Origin: an uncultured Actinomycetes bacterium
GTDB lineage: Bacteria > Actinomycetota > Thermoleophilia > Gaiellales > Gaiellaceae
Reading direction: 5' to 3'
DNA: 64,000 bases
Assembly (NCBI GenBank): GCA_963821415.1
Contig: CAWGEE010000007.1
Coordinates: 725 to 64,724 of the forward strand
The first letter of the stretch is position 1; every line of letters starts with the position of its first letter. The notes below the pieces were generated by a model that saw only the letters and a list, made by a program, of their open reading frames with translations, was not told the DNA's origin and made no database searches. Shown here piece by piece: positions 37,950-50,132 of the stretch. The position numbers and the translations under genes are program-made.

Positions 37950-39004
37950 TCGTCGCGCATCTCGATCTCGATGCCTTCTTCGCAGCGGTCGAGGAGCTGG
38001 AAGACCCGTCGCTGCGCCGGCAGCCGCTCGTCGTCGGAGGCAACCCGCAGGGCCGCGGCGTCGTGGCGACCGCCAACTACGCGGCGCGGCGCTTCGGGAT
38101 CCACTCGGCGATGAGCTGCGCCGAGGCGAAGCGACGCTGCCCACATGCGGTCTTCCTCACGCCCAGACACGCGCTGTACCGCGACTACTCGCGCGCCGTC
38201 TGGGACTCGGTGCGACATGTCGTGCCGACGGTCGAGCGCACCGGCATCGACGAGGGCTACCTGGACATGACGGACATTGCCGCGGACTTCCTGCAAGCCC
38301 GGCGCGTGGCCGAGGCCGTGCAGGCGGCCGTGCGCGGCGCCACGAGCCTCTCGTGCTCGCTCGGTGTCGCGCCGTGCAAGGTCGTCGCCAAGGTGGCAAG
38401 CGACCTGCGGAAGCCCGGCGGACTGCTCGTCGTGCCGGCGGGGCGGGAAGCGGCGTTTCTCGCGCCGTTCGACATGCGCAAGCTCCCCGGCGTCGGGCCC
38501 AGGTCCGAGCAGCGGCTCCGCGCCGCAGGGCTGGAGACGATCGGGCAGCTCGCCGCCCTCGATGACGCTGATCTGCGGCGGCTGCTGCCCGGAAAGGTCG
38601 GCCGCCTGCTGCGGGACCGGGCTCGCGGTATCGATCCTCGCGGCCTGGAGCTGGCCGTCGAGCGGATCTCCGTGAGCCACGAGGAGACGTTCGAGCGGGA
38701 CGTCGCCGACCGGGAGGTGCTGCACGCCGAGCTGCGGCGGATGGCCGAGCGGCTGGCCGAGCATCTCTCCTCCCGCGGCGAGGCGGCGCGGACGATCACG
38801 ACGAAGGTGCGCTACCCGGACTTCGCCATCCGCAGCCGATCGACCACCCTGGCGGCGGGCGTCGACGACGCGGAGACGATCGGCGACGTCGCGTGCCGGC
38901 TGCTCGACCGGGCGCTTCGCGACCGTGCCGGGCCGCTTCGCCTCGTCGGCGTCGGGCTCTCCAACATCGAGCCCTTCCGCCAGCTCGCGCTGACGACTCC
39001 CTAG
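37946..39004 (+). CDS. dinB: DNA polymerase IV (Y-family)
   Basis: GTG 37946 overlaps the EamA stop (GTGA). Motifs include [58 protein letters not shown] and [13 protein letters not shown]. Confidence 0.92.
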   Translation: MIVAHLDLDAFFAAVEELEDPSLRRQPLVVGGNPQGRGVVATANYAARRFGIHSAMSCAEAKRRCPHAVFLTPRHALYRDYSRAVWDSVRHVVPTVERTGIDEGYLDMTDIAADFLQARRVAEAVQAAVRGATSLSCSLGVAPCKVVAKVASDLRKPGGLLVVPAGREAAFLAPFDMRKLPGVGPRSEQRLRAAGLETIGQLAALDDADLRRLLPGKVGRLLRDRARGIDPRGLELAVERISVSHEETFERDVADREVLHAELRRMAERLAEHLSSRGEAARTITTKVRYPDFAIRSRSTTLAAGVDDAETIGDVACRLLDRALRDRAGPLRLVGVGLSNIEPFRQLALTTP

Positions 39005-40048
39005 CGGGCGAGCGTGACTTTGCTCAACCCGACGGGCTTGTCGGGATCAAAGCCCTTGGCGCGGGCGAGAGCGCCGGCGAAGAGCTGGCCGGGCAGCACC
39101 GACAGCAGCGGTGCGAGCACCGGCAAGGGCGGCTCGGGCACCGCCAGTATGTACGCGGGGTCCTCGACCTCGGCCGCTGCGTTTCCACTGGCCACGATCG
39201 CCGCGCCTGCCGATCGCACTCGGGCGCTCGCTTCGAGCACGGCGGGGAGGGCGTCGTCGCGCGACGCGATCGTCCACACGGGAAAGAGCGGATCGAGCGC
39301 GGCGATCGGGCCATGGACCAGGTCGGTCGCCGTGAACGGCTCGGCGGCGATCCGGCACGTCTCCTTCAACTTGAGCGCGACCTCGCGCGCGGTGGCGAAC
39401 TCGAGGCCTCGGCCCATGACGAACATGCGGCCGACGAAGGCGAACGCGTTCGCCGGAGCCGCGACGGCAGCGGCCAGCCCCGGAATGACGCCGGCCATCT
39501 GGTCGGCGACCCGCTCGAGCCCCGACGCGACGCCGTTGCGCCCTCCCGCGGTGCAGCCGGCGAGCAGCGCCAGCCCAGCAAGCTGGTTGACGTAGGTCTT
39601 CGTCGCCGCGACCGCTTGCTCCGGGCCTGCCTCCAGCGGCAGGACGAGGTCGGCGGCCTGGCCGAGCTCGGATGCCGGCGCGTTCGTGAGCGCGATCGTC
39701 AGGGCGCCGCGCTTGCGGGCCTGGACGACGTACTCGACGACGTCGGGCGTCTGCCCCGACTGCGAGAGCGCGACGACGGCCGACCGCTCGAAGTCGACCT
39801 GCGCGCCGTAGTAGATCGTGAGCGACATCGAGTCGCGCATCGCCGTCCAACCGGGCAGCAGGCCGAAGGCGTAGACGCCGTACGAGGCCGCGTTGTCGGA
39901 CGAGCCGTGGCCGACGAGGCGTACGACGGACGGCTGGAGCTTCGCCAGCTTCCGGCCTGCCGACGCGTAGAGCCGCCGCCGCTCGAGCAGGCGCGCTGAT
40001 CGCGGCGGGCTGCTCGCGAATCTCGGCGCTGAACAGCTCGCCCGGCAC
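39001..40048 (-). pseudogene. SIS-domain sugar-phosphate isomerase/deaminase (GlmS C-terminal-like, NagB-II/AgaS type), one frame break near the 5' end
   Basis: Distal half of the artefactual ORF 39001..41157(-). Motifs include [32 protein letters not shown] and [14 protein letters not shown]. The N-terminus (V)[17 protein letters not shown] is in ORF 39047..40153; the break is near 39995. The start is GTG 40048, or TTG 40075 overlapping the nagA stop. Confidence 0.8.
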
Positions 40049-40067
40049 AGGCTCGGCGGGGCTGGGC

Positions 40068-41157
40068 TCAGGCAACGCCACTGAGCTCGCCTCCGACCAG
40101 CACGCGATCGATCTCGAGGTTGTCGCCGAGGACGACGATGTCCGCGGGAGCACCTGCGACGAGGCCCTCCGTCGGAGCGCCCGATGATCCGAGACGGCAC
40201 GGCCGTGGCCGCGTCGAGCGCGTCCGCAAGCGGGACGCCGAGACTGTGCAGGTTGCGAACCGCCTCGATCATCGTCAGGGAGCTGCCCGCGAGCACCCCG
40301 TCCGGGCCGCGAGCCACTCCGTCCCGGATCTCCACTTCCAGCCCGCCGAGGCTGTACGAGCCGTCGCCGTTGCCGGCGCCGGCCATCGAGTCCGTGACGA
40401 GCGCGACACGTCCGCCGCCCACGCTCCAGATCAGCTTGGCCGTGTCGGGCGCGAGGTGAATGCCGTCGAGGATCACCTGGACGATGACGTCGTCACGCGA
40501 AAGCGCCACGCCCGCAATGCCGGGATCGCGGTGGCTGAAGGGACGCATGGCGTTGAAGAGGTGCGTGACGGTGTGCACTCCGAGGTCGAAGGCTGCGTTC
40601 GCCTCGTAGGCGTCTGCGTCCGTGTGGCCGCAGGAGACGGTGACCCCGCGCTGCTGGAGCAGCTCGATCAGCGTGTCTGCGCCCGGGAGCTCGGGCGCGA
40701 GCGTGACGAGGCGCACCGGACCGGCCGCAAGCAGGCGTTCGAGCAGCTCGGTGTCGGGATCGCGGCGCGCCGACTCCGGGTGCGTGCCGAGCCGCTCCGG
40801 GGCAAGGAACGGCCCTTCGAGGTGGGCGCCCAGGACATGCGGCGGCCCGGAACCGTTGGGCATCTCTCTCAGCGCGGCAACGAGCTGCTCCTCGGGAGCC
40901 GTGATGAACGTGGGCAGGTACGCGGTGACACCTGTCTCCAGCAGCGCCCGGCCGGCCACCCGGTAGCCGGCGGCGTCGGCGTCCAGGAAGTCGATGCCGC
41001 CGAAGCCGTTCACCTGGAGATCGACGAAGCCGGGCGACGCCACGCCCTTGCCGTTGGCGGACGAGAGGCCGACACGCCCGATGTGGCCGTCGAGGATCTC
41101 GACGTCCCCGGGCACGAGCTCGCGCCCGACGAGAGCGGCTTCGACGCCGAGTCTCAT
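40068..41157 (-). pseudogene. nagA: N-acetylglucosamine-6-phosphate deacetylase, one frame break near the 3' end
   Basis: Proximal half of ORF 39001..41157(-). Motifs include SPGFVDLQVNGFGG, AHLEGPF, SCGHTDA and THLFNAM. The typical tail LVAGAPADIVVLGDNLEIDRVLVGGELSGVA is in another frame after ~40165, with TGA at 40068-40070. Confidence 0.88.
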
Positions 41158-42054
41158 GAGCCGAGGGCCGCCCGTATCCGGCCGTCGGCGGCGTCGAGCC
41201 GGGAGCGCGCCGTCTCGGCGTCGACCTCGGCGAGCAGCGACACGATCGCGACCTTGGCCTCGCCGCCCGCCGCCTCGAGCGCGGCGTCGACCTCGTCCGG
41301 CGGCGCGCCCGTGGCCAGCTCGACGATGCGGCGGACTCGGGCCCGAAGCTTGTCGTTCGTCGCGCGGACGTCGACCATGAGGTTGCCGAAGGTCTTGCCG
41401 ATGCGCACCATCGCCACGGTCGAGACGGTGTTGAGGACGAGCTTCTGCGCGGTGCCCGACTTCAAACGGGTCGACCCGGCGAGAAACTCGGGGCCGACGA
41501 CGACGAGAATCTCGTGATCGACGAGGGCGGCGAGCGGCGAGTCCGGTGCGGAGACGACCGCGCCCGTCAGCGCGCCGGCCGCGGCGGCGGCCTCGACCGC
41601 TCCGACGACGAACGGCGTGCGTCCGCTCGCGCTGACGCCCAACACGACGTCGGCTGCGGTTACCGAGGCGGTCGCCACGTCGCGCGCGCCGGCCTCGGCG
41701 TCATCCTCGGCAGCGTCGCGCTCGGCCGCGGAGGCGAGCCCCGCGCCGGCGACGATCGCCGCCACTCTTCCGGGCGGCAGCGCGAACGTCGTCTCGCACT
41801 CGGCCGCATCGAGCGCCGCGATCGCGCCGGAAGATCCCGCGCCGACATAGAGCAACCGACCGCCTGTCTCGAGACGGTCGACGACCGCATCCACCAGCTC
41901 GGCGATTTGACCGGACGCCGCGCGAACGGCCGGTGCCACGGCCTCGTCCTCGTCGTTCATCAGCTCGACGAGCTCTTGTGAGGTCAGGAGGTCGATGTCG
42001 GCGCTCGCCGCCACGCGCCTCCGTGATCAGGTCGTCCTGATCGGTCCGCGCCAT
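41154..42054 (-). pseudogene. murQ: N-acetylmuramic acid 6-phosphate etherase, one frame break at codon ~14
   Basis: ORF 41154..42014(-) has ...SADIDLLTSQELVELMNDEDEAV, GRLLYVGAGSSG, GVSASGRTPFV and STRLKSGTAQK. The expected N-terminus MARTDQDDLITEAR is in the ORF 41701..42072 frame (ATG 42054). The break is near 42012. Confidence 0.88.
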
Positions 42055-42080
42055 AGCCCAGTCTATGCACAAGGAGGCCC

Positions 42081-42096
42081 AGTGGTCAATACCACT
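42081..42096. promoter_or_regulatory. dre-like (DasR-type) operator in the murQ / msiK divergent region
   Basis: AGTGGTCAATACCACT matches the Streptomyces dre consensus A(G/C)TGGTCTAGACCA(G/C)T at 14 of 16 positions and is itself palindromic. Its reverse complement contains the TTGACC -35 of a TTGACC-N18-TAGACT promoter reading into murQ. Confidence 0.6.
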
Positions 42097-42128
42097 TTTG
42101 CTCGAGATCGAGTATGCTGGCAGCCCGC

Positions 42129-43318
<1,190 letters not shown>

Positions 43319-43322
<4 letters not shown>

Positions 43323-44083
43323 CGAAGCAAGCCGAGACGCGCGAGCAGGTGCTCGACCTGATCGACCAGCTGTCGATCGGGGACGCCATCCCATCCGAGC
43401 GCGCGCTGAGCACCGACCTCAAGGTCTCTCGCCTGACCGTGCGAGCGGCTCTGGACGACCTCGTGCGCGAGGGCTACCTCGTCCGGCGACGGGGTGCGGG
43501 AACATTCGTGAGCGAGCCGAAGATCGCGCAGGAGCTGACGATGACGTCCTTCACGGAGGACATGCGCCAGCGCGGAATGCAGCCCGCCAGCCGAACGCTG
43601 GAGCTGCGTACGGTCCCGGCCGGCGCCCGCCTCGGCCGCATCCTTCACGTTTCGCCGTCGGAGCCGATCGTCGTCGCGACGCGCCTACGGCTTGCCGATC
43701 GCGAGACGATGGCGATCGAGACGCTGCACGTCCGCCAGTCGCTCGTGCCCGATCTCAGCGCTGGTGATCTGGAGGAGCATTCGTTTTACGAGCTGCTTCA
43801 GGACCGGTACGGGATCGAGCTCGTCACGGGCCTGCAGACCGTCGAGCCCACCGTGACCGGTGAGGACGAATCGGCGGCGCTCGGTGTGCCCCTCCACTCC
43901 CCGGCGTTCGTCTTCGAGCGCGTCACGCGATCGGAGGCCGACGAGATCGTCGAGTACGTCCGCTCTGTTTACCGCGGAGATCGGTACCGTCTCGTCACCG
44001 AGCTCCGACGTGGCGCGCACGGGCTCTCGTCGCCCATGGCGCTCGCGGCGCGCAACGACGACTGGAGCCACACACGACCGTGA
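43319..44083 (+). CDS. GntR/HutC-family transcriptional regulator (DasR-like)
   Basis: ORF 43319..44083 has the N-terminal wHTH ([41 protein letters not shown]) and a UTRA effector domain. It overlaps the ATPase stop (ATGA). Confidence 0.85.
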
Positions 44084-44145
44084 CACGCACGATGGTGAAG
44101 ATCTTGACACCAGAGTGGTTATGTGCAAATCTCACCGCCGTGGCA

Positions 44146-44161
44146 AGTGGTCTAAACCAAT
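44146..44161. promoter_or_regulatory. dre-like operator upstream of the sugar-binding protein gene
   Basis: AGTGGTCTAAACCAAT matches the dre consensus at 14 of 16 positions. It lies ~37 nt downstream of a TTGACA (44104-44109) and ~80 nt upstream of ATG 44244. Confidence 0.6.
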
Positions 44162-44243
44162 TTAGGGCCAGAACCGCTTCTGCGACCCCGCCACAGGATC
44201 GGAGCGCGGGGAGGCCGTGTCCCACGCCTATGGAGGTTCGTTC

Positions 44244-45480
44244 ATGAAAGCACGCATCCTTGTAGCGGTCGCTGTGCTGCGGCTGTCGGGGTTACGGCCT
44301 CGTCCGCCGGCGGCAGCACCGCCCGATCGCAGGCCAGCATCACCGTCTGGCTGCAGACCGACGCACAGAACGGCTGGCCAGAGCTCGTCGCATCCGTGAA
44401 CAACGCAGTTCGGAAGGGAGCATCCGGGTGTCGACGTCAACGTCCAGTACCAGACGTGGACGACCCATCTGCAGAAGTTCGACGCGACGCTGGCAGGCGG
44501 AAACGCGCCGGACGTCATCGAGATGGGGAACACGCGAGTTGACGAAGTACGCGGCCGCCGGCGCGCTCCAGGACCTCACGTCCGAGCGGTCGTCCTTCGC
44601 GAACTCGGCCAACTGGCTCAAGTCCCTGAGGGAATCGGCCACCTACGGCGGCCGCCTGTACGGCGTTCCGTACTACGGCGGCTCGCGCATCGTCACGTAT
44701 CGGACCGACCTCTTCAGGAAGGCGGGCGCCTCCAAGCCGCCGACGAGCCTGGCAGAGTTCACCACTATTGCGAAGAAGCTCGCCGCAACGAACAAGGCGA
44801 AGGGCTTCTCGCCGGTCTACATCGCCGGTCAGGACTGGTACGTGGCCCTGAGCTTCGTGTACGACTACGGCGGACAGATCGCCAAGGTCTACCGTGGCAA
44901 GTGGCAGGGCACCCTCGACTCACCGAAGTCGATCGCCGGGCTGACCGCCTTCAAGAAGTTCTTCCTCACGGCATCCCGGGCCAGCAAGTCGACGATCGAG
45001 ACCAAGCCGTGGCCGTACGAGGTGTACGCCCCGGGCATGGCTGCCTCGATGATCGGCAACGCGTGGTTCACCTGCTGCGTCGGTGACAAGTACAAGGGCG
45101 TCACCGGCACGTTCGTCATGCCGAGCCACGAGAAGGGGAAGCCGATGCCGGGCTTCATCGGCGGCTCGGATCTCTCGGTGCCCATCGGTGCCAACAAGGC
45201 CCTGGCGGTGGACTGGATCCGAGCGTTCACGGACACGGCATCGCAGCGAGCCCTCCAGGCGAAGGGCAACATCCCCAACGCCACGAACCTGCTGGGGAAC
45301 AGCGTCAACGAACGTGCTGCCGTCCGCAGCTGGTTCGTACCAACCGCGAAGAACTGGGTCAACGTCGAGAACGGCAACATCGTCCGCAACATGCTGACCC
45401 AGATCCTCACGAACAAGCTGACGGTCAAGCAGGCAGCGTCGTCGGCGAGTGACAACATCACGTCAGTGCTGAACGGATAG
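44244..45480 (+). pseudogene. sugar ABC transporter substrate-binding protein, 3 frame changes in the first 300 nt
   Basis: A GGAGG SD sits 7 nt before ATG 44244 (MKARILVAVAVL...). The next segments are AAVGVTASSAGGSTARSQASITVWLQTDAQNGWPELV and EHPGVDVNVQYQTWTTHLQKFDATLAGGNAPDVIEMGNT. ORF 44428..45480 then carries ELTKYAAAGALQDLT.... These occupy different frames, with breaks near 44275, 44405 and 44535. Confidence 0.8.
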
Positions 45481-45498
45481 CGCCAGAATCGGGGCGGC

Positions 45499-46485
45499 GT
45501 GCTCAGTAGCCAGCTCCCCGACAGTCCCTCCCTCGCCTCCGGGCCGGCCCTAGGGTCGGCCCGGAGGCGTCGGCGTCTCACGGGCCGTCGCCTGCTCGGC
45601 CTGTCGACGCCCTACCTCCTGGTGCTGCCCGTGGTCGTGGCCATCGGCGCGATCCTCGGGTACCCGATCTACAACCTCGTCCGGCTCTCGCTCGAGCGCT
45701 ACGGCCTCTTCGAGCTCATCCAGCGCAAGGGCGAGTGGATCGGGCTGGACAACTACGACTCCGTCCTTCACGACGCAGTCTTCTGGGACACGCTGGTACG
45801 GACGATCGTCTTCACGGTCGTCAACGTCGGCCTGACGATCGTGCTGGGCACGCTGATCGCGCTGCTGCTCGTGCAGGTCAGCTCCGTCATCCGGATCCTC
45901 CTGACCGCGGGCCTCGTGCTCGTCTGGTCGATGCCGATCGTCGTCGCCGTCCAGGTCTGGTACTGGATGACGAACTTCCAGAACGGGATCCTCAACTACG
46001 TGCTGAACGCGCTTCCGTTCGGCGACTACAGCCAGCACGACTGGTACGCATCGACCTCCTCCCAGCTCGGCCTCGTGACCTCGCTCATCGTCTGGGGCGG
46101 CATCCCCTTCGTCACGATCAGCGTCTACGCGGGGCTCGCGCAGGTCCCCCGGGAGCTCGTCGAGGCTGCCGAGGTGGACGGCGCAGGTTCGCTTCGCGTC
46201 TTCCGCGACGTCACGTTCCCGATCCTGAAGCCGATCCTCCTGATCCTGACCAGCCTTTCGATCATCTGGGACTTCGCCGTCTTCACGCAGCCGTACCTGC
46301 TGCTCGGTCAGGCACAGCTGAACGTCGACAACTACCTGATGGCCATCTACCTCTTCGAGGAGGGCTACTTCCAGAGCGACTTCGGGCGCGGCGCGGCCAT
46401 CTCCCTCTTGATGCTGGTGATCGTCGCGGTGCTGAGCGTCTTCTACGTCCGGAGGATGGTGCGGGAAGACGAGGCCGCCGCATGA
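45499..46485 (+). CDS. sugar ABC transporter permease (MalF/UgpA-like)
   Basis: ORF 45499..46485 has six TM helices and the EAA loop region ELVEAAEVDGAGSLRVFRDVTFP. Confidence 0.88.
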   Translation: MLSSQLPDSPSLASGPALGSARRRRRLTGRRLLGLSTPYLLVLPVVVAIGAILGYPIYNLVRLSLERYGLFELIQRKGEWIGLDNYDSVLHDAVFWDTLVRTIVFTVVNVGLTIVLGTLIALLLVQVSSVIRILLTAGLVLVWSMPIVVAVQVWYWMTNFQNGILNYVLNALPFGDYSQHDWYASTSSQLGLVTSLIVWGGIPFVTISVYAGLAQVPRELVEAAEVDGAGSLRVFRDVTFPILKPILLILTSLSIIWDFAVFTQPYLLLGQAQLNVDNYLMAIYLFEEGYFQSDFGRGAAISLLMLVIVAVLSVFYVRRMVREDEAAA

Positions 46486-47336
46486 GCAACGCTCTGTACG
46501 GGCGCCGACGGCGCAGGCTGCGCAAGACGGCGTGGAACCTCGTCGGGCTGGCCGTCCTCGTGGTCCTCGTGTTTCCCGTCTACTGGATGATCTCGACGGC
46601 CTTCAAGCCGGACGACGAGCTCGTCAGCCTCACGCCGACGTGGTTCTCCCTGAGCCCCACGCTCGATCACTTTCGCGACGCGATCAACCGGCCGTACTTC
46701 TGGTCGAGCGTCAAGAACAGCTTGATCGTCGTGTCCGTCGCGGTTGCACTCTCGATGGTGCTGGCCTTCCTGGCGGCGGTCGCGCTGGCGAAGTTCCGCT
46801 TCACCGGCCGAAAGATCTTCATCGTCCTCATGATCGGGATCCTCATGCTGCCGCAGGCAGGGCTGATCATCCCGCTCTACGTCGTCCTCGCCGAGTACCA
46901 CCTGACGAACACCCTGACCGGGGTGACGATCACCTACATGACGTTCGTCCTGCCCTTCGCGGTCTGGGTGTTGCGCGGCTTCATCATGGGCATCCCGAAG
47001 GAGCTCGAGGAGGCGGCGATGGTCGACGGGTCCAGCCGGCTCGGCGCCTTCACCCGCATCCTGCTGCCGCTCGTGGCGCCGGGCCTCGTGGCCACGTCGG
47101 TCTTCGTCTTCATCACCGCGTGGAACGAGTACATCTTCGCCAACGTCATCCTCACCGATCAGTCGAACCACACGCTGACCGTGTGGCTCTCGTACTTCAC
47201 CGGCGGGAGCCGCAACACCGACTGGGGCGGCCTGATGGCGGCGTCGACGCTGACGGCGATCCCCGTCGTCGCGTTCTTCCTGCTCTTGCAGCGGCGGATC
47301 AGGTTCGGGCTCACGTCCGGCGCCGTCAAGGGGTGA
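46482..47336 (+). CDS. sugar ABC transporter permease (MalG/UgpE-like)
   Basis: ATG 46482 overlaps the preceding stop (ATGA). The sequence reads MSNALYGRRRRRLRKTAWNLVGL..., with the EAA loop ELEEAAMVDGSSRLGAFTRILLP. Confidence 0.88.
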   Translation: MSNALYGRRRRRLRKTAWNLVGLAVLVVLVFPVYWMISTAFKPDDELVSLTPTWFSLSPTLDHFRDAINRPYFWSSVKNSLIVVSVAVALSMVLAFLAAVALAKFRFTGRKIFIVLMIGILMLPQAGLIIPLYVVLAEYHLTNTLTGVTITYMTFVLPFAVWVLRGFIMGIPKELEEAAMVDGSSRLGAFTRILLPLVAPGLVATSVFVFITAWNEYIFANVILTDQSNHTLTVWLSYFTGGSRNTDWGGLMAASTLTAIPVVAFFLLLQRRIRFGLTSGAVKG

Positions 47337-47340
47337 CGCC

Positions 47341-48731
47341 GTGACGGCCGGCGAGCTCGAGCGCCTCGCCCTGGGCTGCTTGCTGCCCGGCTTCCCGGGC
47401 GAGGAGCCGCCGGACTGGATTCGTCGGCTGCTCGAGGCGGGGCTCGGCGGCGTCGTCCTCTACGCCTGGAACGTGCGCGACCCGGCACCAGCTGCGTTCG
47501 CTGACCGACGCACTCCGTGCCGAGCGGCCCGAGCTCGTGATCGCCATCGACGAGGAAGGGGGCGACGTCACGCGCCTCGAGGCTCGAGAAGGCAGCTCGT
47601 ATCCCGGAAACTGGGCGCTCGGCGTCGTCGACGACGTCGAGCTGACGCGGGCCGTGGCCGGTGCGATGGCATCCGACCTGACCGGCGCGGGGATCAACCT
47701 CGACTTCGCCCCGGTCGCCGATGTGAACACCACGGCGGACAACCCGATCATCGGCGTCCGCTCGTTCGGCTCGGACGCGGAGCTCGTCGCGCGCCACGTG
47801 GCCGCGTTCGTGGCAGGGCTCGAGACGGGCGGCGTCGCCGCCTGCGCCAAGCACTTCCCGGGCCACGGCGACACGCTGGAGGATTCGCACCTGGAGCTGC
47901 CGACGGTCGACACGTTGCGTCCGGAGGCGCTGCTTCCGTTCCGCGCTGCGATCGACGCGGGCGTGACGGCGATCATGAGCGCCCACATCCGCGTCCGCGA
48001 GATCGGGGACGAGCCGGCCACCCTGAGTCCCGCGCTGCTCACCGACCTGCTGCGCGGCGAGCTGGGATTCACGGGCGTGGCGATCACCGACGCACTGGAG
48101 ATGAAGGCGATCAGCGCCACCGTGGGCGTGGAGCAGGGCGCAGTTCGGGCGCTGACCGCCGGTGCCGACGCGCTCTGTCTCGGCCACGACCTCGGCGCCG
48201 ACTCGGTCGAGCGAATCGTCGCTGCGGTGGTCGAAGGCGTCCCGGAGCAGCGGCTGGTAGAAGCAAGTTCACGCGTCGCCGGGATCAGCGGAGCACGCGC
48301 AGAAGCCGACTCGCCGAGTCGCGGCGTCGGTGCCGACGCTGCCCAGCGGGCCGTCCGAGCCGAGGGCGACGTGCGCCTGACGCGACCCGCGGTCGTCGTC
48401 GAGCTGCGGCCGGAGCCCACCATCGCCGTCGACGCCCGCAACGGTGGGCTCGGCAGCGCGCTCGCCACACGCCTGCCCGACACGAGAGTCCTCCACGAGC
48501 CGATGGCGACACCGAGCGACGCGCGGCTGGTGGTCGTGGTGCAGGACGCGCACCGGCACGAATGGCAGCGCGCTGCGGTGACCCGGCTGCTCGCAGGCGG
48601 CGCCGGACGCGATCGTCGTCGAAGTAGGGCTACCGGTCTGGCGTCCGGAAGAAGCCGCCGGTTACGTCGCCACCCACGGGGCGGCGAGGGTGAACGTCGA
48701 GGCCGCCGTCGATCGGCTGCTCGGCGGCTAG
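47341..48731 (+). pseudogene. nagZ: GH3 beta-N-acetylhexosaminidase, 2 frame changes
   Basis: ORF 47537..48769 has the core (IAIDEEGGDVTRL, NLDFAPVADV, KHFPGHGDT, ITDALEM). The N-terminus (ORF 47341 frame) and the tail (ADAIVVEVGLPVWRPEEAAGYVATHGAARVNVEAAVDRLLGG, TAG 48729-48731) are in other frames. Breaks lie near 47490 and 48600. Confidence 0.85.
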
Positions 48732-50132
48732 CGGGTTCCGACGCGCAAACCGAGGCGCTGCGGCAGTGAGGCGACGAGCCGTGCGGGAGCGGACGGGGTG
48801 CGGCCGGACTCCTCCGCCTTCTCGACGGCGATCAGCGCCTTCCGCACGACGCTGCCGCCGAGGAAGTTGATTGGCTCCGGAGGCAAGCTCATGATGCGGC
48901 GATCGACCAGCGGCAGGCGCGACCACTCGTCGTCCAGGCCGAGCGCGAGCGAGGCGAGGATCTGACCGCCGAGCCAACTGGGCCCGACACCGTTTCCCGT
49001 GTAGCCGGCCCCGTAGTGGATACGAGTTCCGGGCACCGTGCCGAACAGCGGCAGGTGATCGGCGGAGACGTCGATCGGGCCTCCCCACGCGTGCTCCACC
49101 TTCGCCGCCGCCAGCCCTGGCAGCAGCAGGCGCAGGCCGGCCTCGGCGCGCGCGGCCGTTCCGCGGTCCTGTGAGAAGCGCTTGTCGATCCTGCCGCGGA
49201 AGCCGATCGGGCCCGAGCCGGAGCCCATCAGCACGCGGCCGTCGGTGGTCGTCCGGAAGTAGTGCAGGAACATGCGGCAGTCGGTGATCGCCTCGCCGCC
49301 GGTCCAGCCGATCTCGGCGAGCAGCTCGGGCACCGGCTCGGTGAGGACGACGTAGCTGCCGAACGGCGTCAGCAGTCGCGACAAGGGCTTCCAGCCCGCC
49401 CCCCAGGCGTTGGTGGCGACGACGACCTCCGGTGCGCGCACGATCCCGCGCTTCGTATCGAGCAGCCCGTTGTCGATACGTGTGACCTTCGTCCGCTCGT
49501 GGAGACGGACTCCGGCCGCGAGCGCCTCGCCCCCGCAACGCTCGCACGAGTCGCGCCGGATGCACGGTCGCCCCGTCGCGGAAGAAGACGCCGCGCCGGA
49601 AGGCCGGCGACGAGCAGTGCCGCGCCACTTCCTCGCGGGACAGCGGAACCGCCTCCTCCTCGACTCCGAGCTCACGAGCGACAGCGAGCGAACGGTCGAG
49701 GATCCGGTCCTGCGCGGGAGACGTCGAGACCCGCAGCAGCCCACCCTCGCGGAGCCACACGTCCTCGCCGAGGGCGCGCACGGCGGGGATCGCCCCATCC
49801 GCTGCGCGAGCGACCGCGAGCGCTCCCTCGGCGCCGAGCACATCGCGGAAGCGCGCCAGGCTCGACCAGTAGCCGTGGAGGAAGCCGCCGTTGCGGCCAC
49901 TGGGCCCGATCCCGCAGCGCGCGGCCTCGAGCACGACCACGTCCAGCCCGGGCTCCCGCCGCTTCAGCTCGAGCGCCGTCCAGAGCCCGGTGAAGCCGGC
50001 GCCGACGACGGCCACGTCGGCCTGCGTGTCGCCGTCGAGCGGGGCCTGCTCAGGGTCCTGGGGCGCCTCCTGTAGCCACCACGGCGCGGCCAGGCCGGGC
50101 TCTACGGTCAGCGCTTCTTCAGTTCTTCCCAC
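48728..50132 (-). pseudogene. FAD-dependent oxidoreductase (DAO family; gamma-glutamylputrescine-oxidase-like), one frame break
   Basis: The N-terminus is in the frame of ORF 48630..51578 (DVAVVGAGFTGLWTALEL, the dinucleotide-binding motif). After a C5 run at 49530-49534 (one C too many) it continues in ORF 48728..49900 (EALAAGVRLHERTKVTRID...GYTGNGVGPSWLGG). The start (GTG 50132) is uncertain. Confidence 0.75.

Noticed and set aside
39001-41157. Single 718-aa ORF suggesting a bifunctional NagA-SIS fusion, and similarly 34131..35996 as an OCD-PLP fusion.
   Set aside because: In both cases the junction region is nonsense in the fused frame. The proper C-terminus of the upstream gene (with a stop) and the proper N-terminus of the downstream gene are found in other frames. 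The fusions are artefacts of frame breaks plus GC-kept-open frames.
44111-44126. A third dre-like site (AGTGGTTATGTGCAAA) upstream of the SBP gene.
   Set aside because: Only the left half-site matches the DasR consensus. The right half is unrelated, so this is probably chance or at most a degenerate half-site.
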